From contig CAYNPH010000037.1 of NCBI GenBank assembly GCA_964399035.1, forward strand, positions 4,681 to 68,680: 64,000 nucleotides of DNA, read 5' to 3'. Positions within the stretch are counted from its first letter, which is position 1, and each line of letters opens with the position of its first letter. The notes under the pieces were generated by a model. That model did no database searches. It was not told the origin of the DNA and was given only the letters and a program-made list of their open reading frames with translations. The translations under genes and the position numbers were made by a program. Source of the stretch: an uncultured Desulfurococcaceae archaeon. GTDB lineage: Archaea > Thermoproteota > Thermoprotei_A > Sulfolobales > NBVN01. This document shows positions 54,867 through 63,764 of this stretch, piece after piece.

Positions 54867-55583
54867 GTGAGCGCATCCATGCTCGAGCTGAAAGGGATTC
54901 ACGCAGGCTACGGGGAGTTCCGCGTGCTCCACGACGTCAACATGCGTGTGGAGAAGGGCGAGATAGTCGCGTTGATAGGGCCCAACGGTGCGGGCAAGAC
55001 GACAACGCTCAGAACCGTGCTCGGAATGACGACCCTCTACGAGGGTAAGGTGCTCTTCAAGGGCGAAGACATAACTAAGGTACCGACACACAAGAGGGTT
55101 GAGAAAGGCATAGCGATGGTGCCGGAAGGCAGGGGAATATTCACACCACTAACGGTGTATGAGAACCTCCTCGCCGGCGCCTACACGAAGAGGGCCGAGG
55201 AGAAGCTGCAGGACTCCCTAGAATTCGTCTTCACCCTCTTCCCAAAGCTAAAGGAAAGGAGGAACCAAATAGCGGGGACGCTGTCCGGCGGCGAGGCCCA
55301 GATGCTCGCCATAGCAAGGGCACTCATGTCGAGACCGGAGCTACTACTCCTCGACGAGCCGAGCTTGGGCCTAGCTCCTAAGATCGTGCTTGAGGTATTC
55401 GACGTTATCAGGAAGCTAAGGGAGGAGGGAGTAACGATACTTATAGTGGAGCAGCACGTGAAGAACTCCCTAGAGACCGCCGACAGGGCGTACGTGATGG
55501 AGACGGGCAGGATAGTGCTTGAGGGCGAGGCCAGGTCACTACTCAAGGATGAGAGGCTGAAGAAGGCATACCTAGTGATATAG
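54867..55583 (+). CDS. livF: Liv-type ABC ATPase (LivF)
   Basis: GPNGAGKTT, VPEGRGIF, LSGGEAQM, LLDEPSLGLAP, VEQ. Confidence 0.95.
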   Translation: MSASMLELKGIHAGYGEFRVLHDVNMRVEKGEIVALIGPNGAGKTTTLRTVLGMTTLYEGKVLFKGEDITKVPTHKRVEKGIAMVPEGRGIFTPLTVYENLLAGAYTKRAEEKLQDSLEFVFTLFPKLKERRNQIAGTLSGGEAQMLAIARALMSRPELLLLDEPSLGLAPKIVLEVFDVIRKLREEGVTILIVEQHVKNSLETADRAYVMETGRIVLEGEARSLLKDERLKKAYLVI

Positions 55584-55644
55584 TGGCGGAAGGCCCTTCC
55601 CCTTAACCCCCGAAGAATTTTCTTGCAGGTAAGCTACCCTTCCC

Positions 55645-56133
55645 TCACTCCCCGTGAAGCTTCGCCGTGTTCCTCAGTAACTCGGTAGCCTCGGAAAGCA
55701 TGGACGCTACCCCCTCAACCTCCTCAGCCTTAATGCCTAACCCGTCAATACTGACCTTACCGAGTAACGCAACCCCCTCCAGCGCCGTTATTGCTGGCTC
55801 TATGAAGCCCCTTAAAACGCCGGCGTACACGTGCGGGTAATCCCTCTCCAGCACCTCCTTAACGAACTTAACCTTCCTTAACGCCTTCCTAGCCGAGTCG
55901 ATCGCCGACTTAACGTACATGTTCGCCATCGAGTCGCTCGAAAGCGGGAAGCCCGTTAACGCGGTCTGAATGAGTAACCTATCAACGACGCCCTTACGCG
56001 ACTCCCTAAGCACGTTCTCCGCAACACGCAACTTCATAGCGGACAACCTAGCATTCCTCACAGCGTCCTCCAACTCACCCGCTAAATCACCTAAACCGCG
56101 CCTACCGAAGAACCTGCCGAGCCACGGGCTCAA
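55645..56133 (-). CDS. Hypothetical helical protein (162 aa)
   Basis: ATG-started ORF, co-oriented downstream of the SPASM gene; no family recognised. Confidence 0.55.
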   Translation of the reverse strand: MSPWLGRFFGRRGLGDLAGELEDAVRNARLSAMKLRVAENVLRESRKGVVDRLLIQTALTGFPLSSDSMANMYVKSAIDSARKALRKVKFVKEVLERDYPHVYAGVLRGFIEPAITALEGVALLGKVSIDGLGIKAEEVEGVASMLSEATELLRNTAKLHGE

Positions 56134-56221
56134 AGCCCCTAACCATATGGAGTCACTCCTTCAAAGGTAATAACGCTACTCCGAAACCACCCGGAATCCC
56201 TTGGCACGCAGTTACTGAGGA

Positions 56222-57217
56222 CTAAAGCTCGCTTGCCACCCTAGGGCAGAGCGGGTCCGGTGAGTGCGGATTCCTCCTCAACATATAGGATCGGGCGAAG
56301 CACCCGCCCCTGCACTCGCTGGCGACAGGGCATGAAGCGCAGGGCTCCACGCGAGGAGGTCTCGACACGGACTTAATTACCGGGTGACTCATTAGCTTCG
56401 CCCACGCACCCCTAACGCCGTCCTTAACTACGTTCGCTACCTCCACGTTCATCACGTCGCAAAGCACTACCCTGCCGGAGGGCGTGACGTCCATAACTCC
56501 CCAGTCCCTGCAGTTCGCCGTCCTAAGCCACGGCGACTTACTGACCACTCTTAGGAAGGGTGTGCACCACACGTCAACGACCACGCCAAGCTCCTCCGCA
56601 ACCCTCTCAACAGCCTTCAACGCGGCAACGTAGTGCCTGCTACTGACGTAGGAATGTATCCTTAAAGCCGTTCCCGCGGGCATTGCCGGGATAATGGACA
56701 CTGACTCGGCCCCTAACTCCAGCGCCTTCTCGATAGCCTCACCAACGTACCTCCAGTTAAGCTCAGACACCGACACGTTAACGTGGAAGGGGACGCCGTG
56801 ATCCCTCAGCAGGTTAATCCCATTTAATACTGCGTCCCAAGACCCCCTCCCCCTGATTAACTCGTGTACGTCCCTTGACGGGCCCTCTATACTTGTGAAT
56901 ACTTTCACTCCTAACCTGCTTAGCTGTGATGCTAGGTCGTTATTTAGGAGCGTGGCGTTCGTGAACACGCTTGCCTCCATACCCAGCTCAACTATTTCGT
57001 TAAGGATCCTCACTAAGTCTCCCCTCAGCAACGGCTCACCCCCAGTCAGGTGGATGTGCTCAACCTCGGCGTCCGCGGCGTCCCTGATGATGTCCAGCAC
57101 CTTCTCAGTCGGTAACTCCCGCTCGTGCATGTAGGGGGTGGCGTAACAGTGTTTGCACGCCAGGTTGCACCTGGCTGAGATAATCCATATTATCGTCTCC
57201 AATCCTTCATCGCTCAC
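56222..57217 (-). CDS. Radical SAM protein with SPASM domain
   Basis: CNLACKHC, LTGGEP, C-terminal C..DVTPSGRVVLC and CASC-x5-C-RGGC..DPLC. Confidence 0.92.
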   Translation of the reverse strand: MSDEGLETIIWIISARCNLACKHCYATPYMHERELPTEKVLDIIRDAADAEVEHIHLTGGEPLLRGDLVRILNEIVELGMEASVFTNATLLNNDLASQLSRLGVKVFTSIEGPSRDVHELIRGRGSWDAVLNGINLLRDHGVPFHVNVSVSELNWRYVGEAIEKALELGAESVSIIPAMPAGTALRIHSYVSSRHYVAALKAVERVAEELGVVVDVWCTPFLRVVSKSPWLRTANCRDWGVMDVTPSGRVVLCDVMNVEVANVVKDGVRGAWAKLMSHPVIKSVSRPPRVEPCASCPVASECRGGCFARSYMLRRNPHSPDPLCPRVASEL

Positions 57218-57280
57218 TCGTCACCACCTGATGCCGTAATAGATGCGGTGTTGGGGAGCATTAAGCATTCCGCGGTGGCG

Positions 57281-58087
57281 CTACTTGGCTCCAGCGTTTC
57301 GAGGGGTGCGGGCACACGATTTAATCGCGTTAAGGTACTCCTCGTCCCTTAAGATGGTTTCCTGCTCCTTAACAACGTAATCAATCACTTGCTTACTCTC
57401 GCTTAACAGCACCGACGTCACCTTTCTTGAGACCTCCCTAACCCTGCCTAGGTTCTGTGGGAGAGGTATGCCGGCCCTACCCACGGATACTTTAGCCAGC
57501 AACCACGCACCTATCAGCGACGCGTTTACCGACGCAAGGGCATCCTCGATATTCGGTCCGCTAACCCAGTACAGCTCCCTAACGAAGCCGTATGCGAGCG
57601 CCTTAGGTCCCTTAACCCTAATCTTAGAGAGTAGCTCGTCCCCCCTACTCACGACCTCATTAAGCAATTCACCTTCCCTTACCCCACCGAGCCCCGTCCT
57701 AGCCGCTAGCCTCAGGAACCCTGTGCGGGCAATCACCCCTAGATCCTCATGCACTAGGAGGACGGAGAGCATGTAGGATGATGCTAGCACTGTCTTAACT
57801 AATCTCTCGTAGGCCTCCTCCACATTGCGGGGGACGTACGGCCTCGTATCGCCGCCCCTGAGGAGAGCTGCCACTAGCTCCGGTTTGAGGGGGTCCGTGG
57901 CTAGGGCCTCACCCTCACTGGCGAGGAGGGGTACGCTCAGCACGCCATGCTTGATTGCGTCATCGGGTGGGTGATCAAGGCTAACCACCCTTACCTCATT
58001 GCTTAGTAGGTCTGTTGAGATCAGGTGTTTAACCACTCTGTAGCTCGACCAGCATGTTGGGTGTACGTACAGCACGTACCTGCTCAA
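57281..58087 (-). CDS. Thioredoxin/glutaredoxin-fold protein (CxxS) with helical C-terminal domain
   Basis: N-terminal YVHPTCWSSY and later GVLSVP (cis-Pro motif). Confidence 0.6.
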   Translation of the reverse strand: MSRYVLYVHPTCWSSYRVVKHLISTDLLSNEVRVVSLDHPPDDAIKHGVLSVPLLASEGEALATDPLKPELVAALLRGGDTRPYVPRNVEEAYERLVKTVLASSYMLSVLLVHEDLGVIARTGFLRLAARTGLGGVREGELLNEVVSRGDELLSKIRVKGPKALAYGFVRELYWVSGPNIEDALASVNASLIGAWLLAKVSVGRAGIPLPQNLGRVREVSRKVTSVLLSESKQVIDYVVKEQETILRDEEYLNAIKSCARTPRNAGAK

Positions 58088-58248
58088 CGCGCTAACCCCG
58101 CTAGCCTTGCAATTAGCCTTAATCTAATTTTCTTGGATGATGAATTCCTTTTAAATCCATTTACAAAAAATAGATTCAGTCACGAGCTGATGCGTCGCAC
58201 CTCAAGCACTGGGAGGTTCCCCGACGTATCAGCCCAGCACAGCGTAGC

Positions 58249-59589
58249 GTGTCCCGGGTGTTACGCATGGGTACTGAAGCAAGTGATGGCGGCAAGCTTA
58301 AGAGGGTCCTTAACCTACGTGACCTGCTGGTTTTCGCTATAATGACAATGGTACCCATAGCCCCGATGGGCGTTTACGGCATCGTCGCCTCAGTGAGCCA
58401 CGGGTACGTGCCGCTAACCTACATCGTGGCCGCCGCGGCGATGTTTTTCACTGCGTGGTCCTACGGGCAGTTCGCTTTCAGGATCCCTGAGGCTGGCTCG
58501 GCCTACGCGTACGTGAGGGAGACCTTAGGACCGCATGCTGGCTTCATAACGGGGTGGGTCATCCTCCTTGACTACATACTCATACCCTCACTAGTGATAC
58601 TCGTTGCCGCACTATGGTTGCAGGCGGTGAGCGGGGTTCCGATGTTCGTGTGGGCCCTCGCCTTCATAGCCTTCGCGACCGTGGCGAACATACTGGGGGT
58701 TGAGATGACGATGAAGGCGTCTATGGCGCTCTTCATTTTTGAGGCGGGCGTGCTGGCGGCGTTCGTCGCGGCCGCCGTGCTCAAGATAATCACTGACCCG
58801 AACCTGCACTTCAGCCTAGCACCTTTCTACAACCCCGCAACGTTCTCGGTGGGCTACGTCGTGGCCGGGGCGTCCATAGCTGTGCTGAGCTTCCTGGGGT
58901 TCGACATCATGACAACGCTTGCCGAGGAGACGAAAGAGGCTAGGAGGGTCGTCAGTAAGGCGGTGGTTCTAGTGGTGCCCATAATAACTTCCTTCTTCGT
59001 GGTTCAGACGTACTTAGCCGCCGTGGTTCACCCGAGCTACACGTTCAAAGACACGGACGTGGCATTCTACTACATAGCCCGGGAAGTGGGTGGGAGGTGG
59101 CTACAGTTACTCACCATGGCTGGGACGGTGCTGGCGGCAGGCATAGGCGACACGCTCGCGGCCCAGGCAGGGATCTCCAGAGTGCTCTTCAGCATGGGGA
59201 GGCAGGGGCAGTTACCCAGAATCTTCTCGAAACTGCACCCAAGGTTCAGAACACCCTACGTCTCGACGCTGGTCGTCGCCGCCATAACGGCGCCGATCGT
59301 GTACGTACTAACACTACGTGACCTCTCCTCAATAGTGAACTTCGGTGCCCTAACGGCATTCCTGCTGATGCAGTTCTCGCTGGCGTACAGGTTCGTTAGG
59401 GTTGAGGGCAGGCCGCTACTCGCCTTCCTGCCGGCCATAGGCTTCGCGATAACTGGGGCGGTGTGGTACGGGCTCGATTCGAGCGCTAAGGAACTGGGCT
59501 TCATCTGGATAGCGTTAGGGGTGGCGTACCTAGCCTACATGACGAGGGGCTTCAAAACGGAAGCTAAGCTATCTATCCCGGAGGTGTGA
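58249..59589 (+). CDS. APC-family amino acid/polyamine permease
   Basis: About 12 TM helices; P..GSAYAY, SFLGFD..TTLAEE, SRVLFSMGR, HPRFRTP. Confidence 0.92.
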   Translation: MSRVLRMGTEASDGGKLKRVLNLRDLLVFAIMTMVPIAPMGVYGIVASVSHGYVPLTYIVAAAAMFFTAWSYGQFAFRIPEAGSAYAYVRETLGPHAGFITGWVILLDYILIPSLVILVAALWLQAVSGVPMFVWALAFIAFATVANILGVEMTMKASMALFIFEAGVLAAFVAAAVLKIITDPNLHFSLAPFYNPATFSVGYVVAGASIAVLSFLGFDIMTTLAEETKEARRVVSKAVVLVVPIITSFFVVQTYLAAVVHPSYTFKDTDVAFYYIAREVGGRWLQLLTMAGTVLAAGIGDTLAAQAGISRVLFSMGRQGQLPRIFSKLHPRFRTPYVSTLVVAAITAPIVYVLTLRDLSSIVNFGALTAFLLMQFSLAYRFVRVEGRPLLAFLPAIGFAITGAVWYGLDSSAKELGFIWIALGVAYLAYMTRGFKTEAKLSIPEV

Positions 59590-59609
59590 GGACCTATCAC
59601 CTCGCTTAC

Positions 59610-61118
59610 CTAACCGCCACCAGTCCTCGACACCACGTAAGCTAAGAGGGCTGAGGTGAGGACGTAAAGTTCCACAGGCTTCTTAAGGATCTCTAGGCCG
59701 TCAAGAACCTTACCCTCCCTAACCACGTACTCCCTGCTTAACCTCCCGTGAACTAAGTGGTTCCTTAAGTCCCTCAACCTAATGGGGCGCTCGGCAACGT
59801 ACCTAGTTAACGAGTCCTCACCACCCCTTAACTCCTCCAGAACACGCGAAATCACCGCCACGCCATCACCATTACCTCCCTCCCTAGCCTCCCTCAGGGC
59901 GGCCTTCAGCTCCCCACGCAACTGCCTTAACTCCCTACGAACCCCTACCGAATCCCCCGACATGACGCCTAAGTAAGCCCTCAGCACACGCGCTTCAAAG
60001 GACTTCGCAACCCTACCGCTCGGGTCAGCAGACCTTAAAGCGTCGTGAACCTCCTTCCTCACATCCATGATCCTCAGCTTACGTAACTCCTCAACTACGC
60101 GTGGCCCCACCTTAAGGGCCCTAACGCCCCTTAAGGCAGGAGCCACGATCTTCAAACCCTCGCTAAACGCCTCACCGACCTCAACGCTCATTAAGGCCCT
60201 CCCCTCAGCACCTAAGGTCTCAACATAGTTGAACAGGTTGATGAGTGAGGAGGGGTACCTGAGCCTATAGTAGTCAGCGGTGCTTGACCTGAGGAAGCCA
60301 GCATCCTCGACACGGGCTAAGTAATCATGTACGGCATCAAGCACTAAACCGTGATTCAGGAACACGCTCACCGCGAAGGAGAGCGCGAGCGACGCGTAGA
60401 GGTAGGAGAACGCTATCCCCAACCCTAGGTAGGGCCTCTCCCCCGGCTTGAAGTTAGGTATTAACACGACCACGATCGCTAAGGTGAAGGCAAAGAACGT
60501 CAGGAACTGGGTGAAGAGGGGTTCATCGCCTCCCCGCCCCGCCTCCGTCGACGCTATTACGCTCAGCACCCTATGAAACAGTAGCGAGTCATACGTGAGG
60601 AACAACGCAGCTAAGAGAATCGAGAGACCTATGATTAAGGCGGGCTCCAAAGCAAGCTCGCCCGCGTGGGGAATCACGGAGACGTAGAGCAGCATGCTTA
60701 GGGCCAAGCTAACCACGCACGCCAACCTGAGAACCCACTTAACGCTGGAGTACCTTAACCTAAGCGTACGTGCGGCCGCCCCAGCACTGACGGACCACAT
60801 GATCCCCGTCACGAAGGCAAGCAACGCGTACAGCACCCAAGCAGGCATGAGGGGCACGGACCTAACCCTAAGTAGCGTGACCCCGCTTACAACGCTCGCT
60901 AGGAGGTACGTGGAGACCAAGCCAACGAACGCGTGCTTCTCCCCGCCGAGGAGGAACTGGGCAAGCATGAACGCGGCCACGACGGCGACGACGTAGGCAA
61001 CCACGTGACTCTCAAGGAGGTAAACATACACGCCGAGCGCCAAGAGAGCCGGCACGTAGAGGAGAAGGAATAACACGTGCCTCCCCACACGTGCGGAACC
61101 CCTAACCACCCAAGCCAC
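59610..61118 (-). CDS. Multi-pass membrane protein with C-terminal HEPN-like domain
   Basis: About 8 TM segments in the first ~255 aa, then a helical soluble region with LRNHLVHG (R-x4-H). Confidence 0.55.
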   Translation of the reverse strand: MAWVVRGSARVGRHVLFLLLYVPALLALGVYVYLLESHVVAYVVAVVAAFMLAQFLLGGEKHAFVGLVSTYLLASVVSGVTLLRVRSVPLMPAWVLYALLAFVTGIMWSVSAGAAARTLRLRYSSVKWVLRLACVVSLALSMLLYVSVIPHAGELALEPALIIGLSILLAALFLTYDSLLFHRVLSVIASTEAGRGGDEPLFTQFLTFFAFTLAIVVVLIPNFKPGERPYLGLGIAFSYLYASLALSFAVSVFLNHGLVLDAVHDYLARVEDAGFLRSSTADYYRLRYPSSLINLFNYVETLGAEGRALMSVEVGEAFSEGLKIVAPALRGVRALKVGPRVVEELRKLRIMDVRKEVHDALRSADPSGRVAKSFEARVLRAYLGVMSGDSVGVRRELRQLRGELKAALREAREGGNGDGVAVISRVLEELRGGEDSLTRYVAERPIRLRDLRNHLVHGRLSREYVVREGKVLDGLEILKKPVELYVLTSALLAYVVSRTGGG

Positions 61119-61213
61119 CCCGAGGACGCGTTAGTGGCCTCAACCCCCAGCAACCACGTACTTGGGAGTAATTAATAAAGCAACGCATGGGTAGGGCACC
61201 CCGTGCTGAAGCC

Positions 61214-62056
61214 TCAAAGAGAGGTGCGGCCACCCTTGGGGAGATCCCTCACGTGAACGTCGAGTTGTGGGTAAGGTATCTCGATCCCTGCTTTGCCGTA
61301 CTCCACGTACACACCCTTAATTATGTCCGTCTTGACGGTGCCGTAATCTTCCTTCCTAACCCAAGCCCTTATCTGGAGGTTTACACTCGAGTCTCCCAGT
61401 TGCGTGACGACGACCGCTGGCTCCGGTTCCTTAAGTACCTTGGGGTGGTTGCGTAGAATGCTCATGGTGATGTTGACCGCCTTATCGAGGTCGGTGCCGT
61501 ACGCCACGCCTATGTCGAGCGTGACCCTCCTTAAGGGCTCCCTAGAGTAGTTCACTATGGGTGAACCCCAGATCTTCTTGTTAGGGATGGTTATCACGAC
61601 GTTGTCGAACGTCTTAAGCGTGGTGGACATAACCCCTATCCCGTCGATGAGGCCGGAGTAGCCCGCCACCTCCACATAGTCGCCCTTGTTGAAGGGCCTT
61701 ATGACGGCTAACCAAATGCCTGCCGCCATGTTCGCCCACGTGTCCTGAAGCCCGAACCCCAGTATTAGGCCGATGATCGCTGAGAGACCTAAGCCTAAGG
61801 TGCTCGTGTCAACACCTATTATTGGGAGGGCTGAAATCACCACAACCACGTAGCCCAAGCCCCGAACAACGCTTGTCAGCAACCCCGTTATGAGTGGTGG
61901 GGCCCCCGCCTTCTCCAGAGGCTTCCTGACGATGCGGGAGATAACCCTAACCACTAGGATACCGACCACCAGCACTGCTAGGAACAGCACTAGCTGGTAT
62001 AGGCTGAATCCAACCACGGGCAACGGCGCCATGAACATGCTTAACGGTGACTCCAT
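61214..62056 (-). CDS. mscS: Small-conductance mechanosensitive channel
   Basis: GFGLQD..AN, RPFNKGDYV, TLKTFDN..TIPN, IGVAYGTD, LGDSSVN, GIEIPYPQ. Confidence 0.93.
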   Translation of the reverse strand: MESPLSMFMAPLPVVGFSLYQLVLFLAVLVVGILVVRVISRIVRKPLEKAGAPPLITGLLTSVVRGLGYVVVVISALPIIGVDTSTLGLGLSAIIGLILGFGLQDTWANMAAGIWLAVIRPFNKGDYVEVAGYSGLIDGIGVMSTTLKTFDNVVITIPNKKIWGSPIVNYSREPLRRVTLDIGVAYGTDLDKAVNITMSILRNHPKVLKEPEPAVVVTQLGDSSVNLQIRAWVRKEDYGTVKTDIIKGVYVEYGKAGIEIPYPQLDVHVRDLPKGGRTSL

Positions 62057-62117
62057 GCTCCCTCACCACGTAACGCGGGCTATGTTGTTACGTGTTAAGA
62101 GTATTTAAGTACAACAC

Positions 62118-62885
62118 GTGAAGTGTTCCCCGACGCGTTCTAAGGAGTTGTTATTAGCTTTATTAATCCCTATAAGGAGGGCTAGGGGTGATGGTGCGGT
62201 GAGTGTAGCGGGCGCACTGAGGACGCTGACTGACATGGCCTCCACAGCAACCACCACGCGGACGACCGCCTCGGTCAGCGGAGGTAAGGCGGTGAACGCG
62301 ACCATCATGGAGGAGGCCTTCAGGAAGGCGGTAGCGGACTTTGTCTCCATGATGCCCTACATATTCATAGCCCTAGCAATAATCGCGATTTACGTAGGCA
62401 TAGCCGTAATACTGACCAAGCTCGTAAGGAAGCTGCTCACAGCACTGAAGGTGGACGAGCTGCTCAAACCGCTATTCAAGGAAGCCTACTTCAGCCTAAC
62501 AAACCTCATAATAGCGCTAATCAACGTAGGCATAGCCCTCCTAGCACTATACTCCATAGTCCTCACCCTATTCCCAGGGCAGGTACACACGCTCAACACG
62601 GTCCTAAACTACACGGCCAGGGTAGTCAGCGTAGTCTTCCTCATAGTCTTCGTGTTCCTCGCATTCAACGCCATAATACTCAGGATAAGGATGGAAGCAA
62701 AACTAAGGGGCTTCATATTCCTTCTCTCATTCTTCATAACCATAGTCCTAATACTCGACATAACAAGCATATCCGACCAAGTAAAGACAGCCCTTGCATG
62801 GGGCATAAGCGTCGGCATAGGCCTATCAATAGGGGTATTCGCCGCCTGGTACTTCTTCCACGACTACCTACGCGGAAGAGAATAA
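62118..62885 (+). CDS. Membrane protein with TM_helix (CmpX/MscS-associated)-like repeat; true start probably at or near 62235
   Basis: About 6 TM segments; KLVRKLLTALKVDELL pattern; ends GLSIGVFAAW. Confidence 0.55.
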   Translation: MKCSPTRSKELLLALLIPIRRARGDGAVSVAGALRTLTDMASTATTTRTTASVSGGKAVNATIMEEAFRKAVADFVSMMPYIFIALAIIAIYVGIAVILTKLVRKLLTALKVDELLKPLFKEAYFSLTNLIIALINVGIALLALYSIVLTLFPGQVHTLNTVLNYTARVVSVVFLIVFVFLAFNAIILRIRMEAKLRGFIFLLSFFITIVLILDITSISDQVKTALAWGISVGIGLSIGVFAAWYFFHDYLRGRE

Positions 62886-62946
62886 CGTGTAAGGGAAAAA
62901 CTCATAGTTTGGTTATTGTTACTTACTTGAGACGCGGGTGATTAGG

Positions 62947-63762
62947 ATGTGTAGGTTAGTTGCTTTCGCTGCTACGGCTGATGGGTTGCCCGAGCTCGCG
63001 GCGCTTGTTAAGGCGTTGGTTAGGTCCGCCGCGCATGACCCGCTTCTTGAGGCGTTGGGTGTTAAGCATCCTAGCCATGGGGATGGGTGGGGGCTCGCGA
63101 TAGCCGTGCTTAAGGGTGGTGCTTGGCGCTTCCACTACATGAAGTTCAGGAACCCGATATTCAGGGATTCCGAGGGCGTGCGTGGTTTGCTGAGGATCCT
63201 TTCCGACTCTGAGGGCGAGGTCTTCATGGGCGTTATACACGCTAGGAAGGCTTCTAAGGGTGAGGCGGTGACGTGGGTTGATGCGCACCCGCACCACGCC
63301 ATAGTTCGTGACGGTACCGAGATCTACGTGGCGCATAACGGCAGGGTTAATAAGGAGGCATTGGGCGGCCCTCTGAGGCGGTCTGACACGGTCTCGCTAG
63401 CGCTTTACTTGGCTAGGAACCCGCCGGTGAGTGAGGGGTTGAGGAAGGTCATAAAGTCTGGTTACGTTGAAAGCGCGTTGAGCTTAGGCATACTCATAGC
63501 TGGTTTAGGCGGGGCCGTTAGGGTTGCCTCGCTGAACTACGTGTCGCCTAAGGTGAGTAGTGAGGCTAGGAGGGAGTACTACGCCGTTAAGTTGCTGAGT
63601 GGGGGGAGGTACTTCGTGGCCACCGCCTCCTCCACGACCGCCTCAGTATTTGAGGAGCAGGTCGGGATTAAGGCTAGGGAGTTGAGGAACGGTGAGTTAG
63701 TGTTCATGGAGGCGGGGCCTGAGGGAGTGAGTTACTCTAGGGAAAACCTTGTTGAGGGCTAA
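62947..63762 (+). CDS. Class II glutamine amidotransferase (YafJ/EgtC-like Ntn hydrolase)
   Basis: Start moved to ATG 62947 giving N-terminal MCRL (Cys2 nucleophile); HGDGWG, HARKAS, AHNG, SDT. Confidence 0.85.
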   Translation: MCRLVAFAATADGLPELAALVKALVRSAAHDPLLEALGVKHPSHGDGWGLAIAVLKGGAWRFHYMKFRNPIFRDSEGVRGLLRILSDSEGEVFMGVIHARKASKGEAVTWVDAHPHHAIVRDGTEIYVAHNGRVNKEALGGPLRRSDTVSLALYLARNPPVSEGLRKVIKSGYVESALSLGILIAGLGGAVRVASLNYVSPKVSSEARREYYAVKLLSGGRYFVATASSTTASVFEEQVGIKARELRNGELVFMEAGPEGVSYSRENLVEG

Positions 63763-63764
63763 TT

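Noticed and set aside
58137-58190. Possible C/D box sRNA (ATGATGA at 58137-58143 and CTGA at 58187-58190, 54 nt)
   Set aside because: There are no recognisable D'/C' boxes or terminal stem. The would-be guides are AT-rich and overlap TATA-like elements of a divergent promoter. An rRNA/tRNA complementarity search would be needed to revive it.
288-63336. Numerous 60-200 aa ORFs in the track that overlap assigned genes on the opposite strand or another frame
   Set aside because: They are Ser/Thr/Leu-rich antisense shadows of well-supported genes and have no motifs or SD sites.
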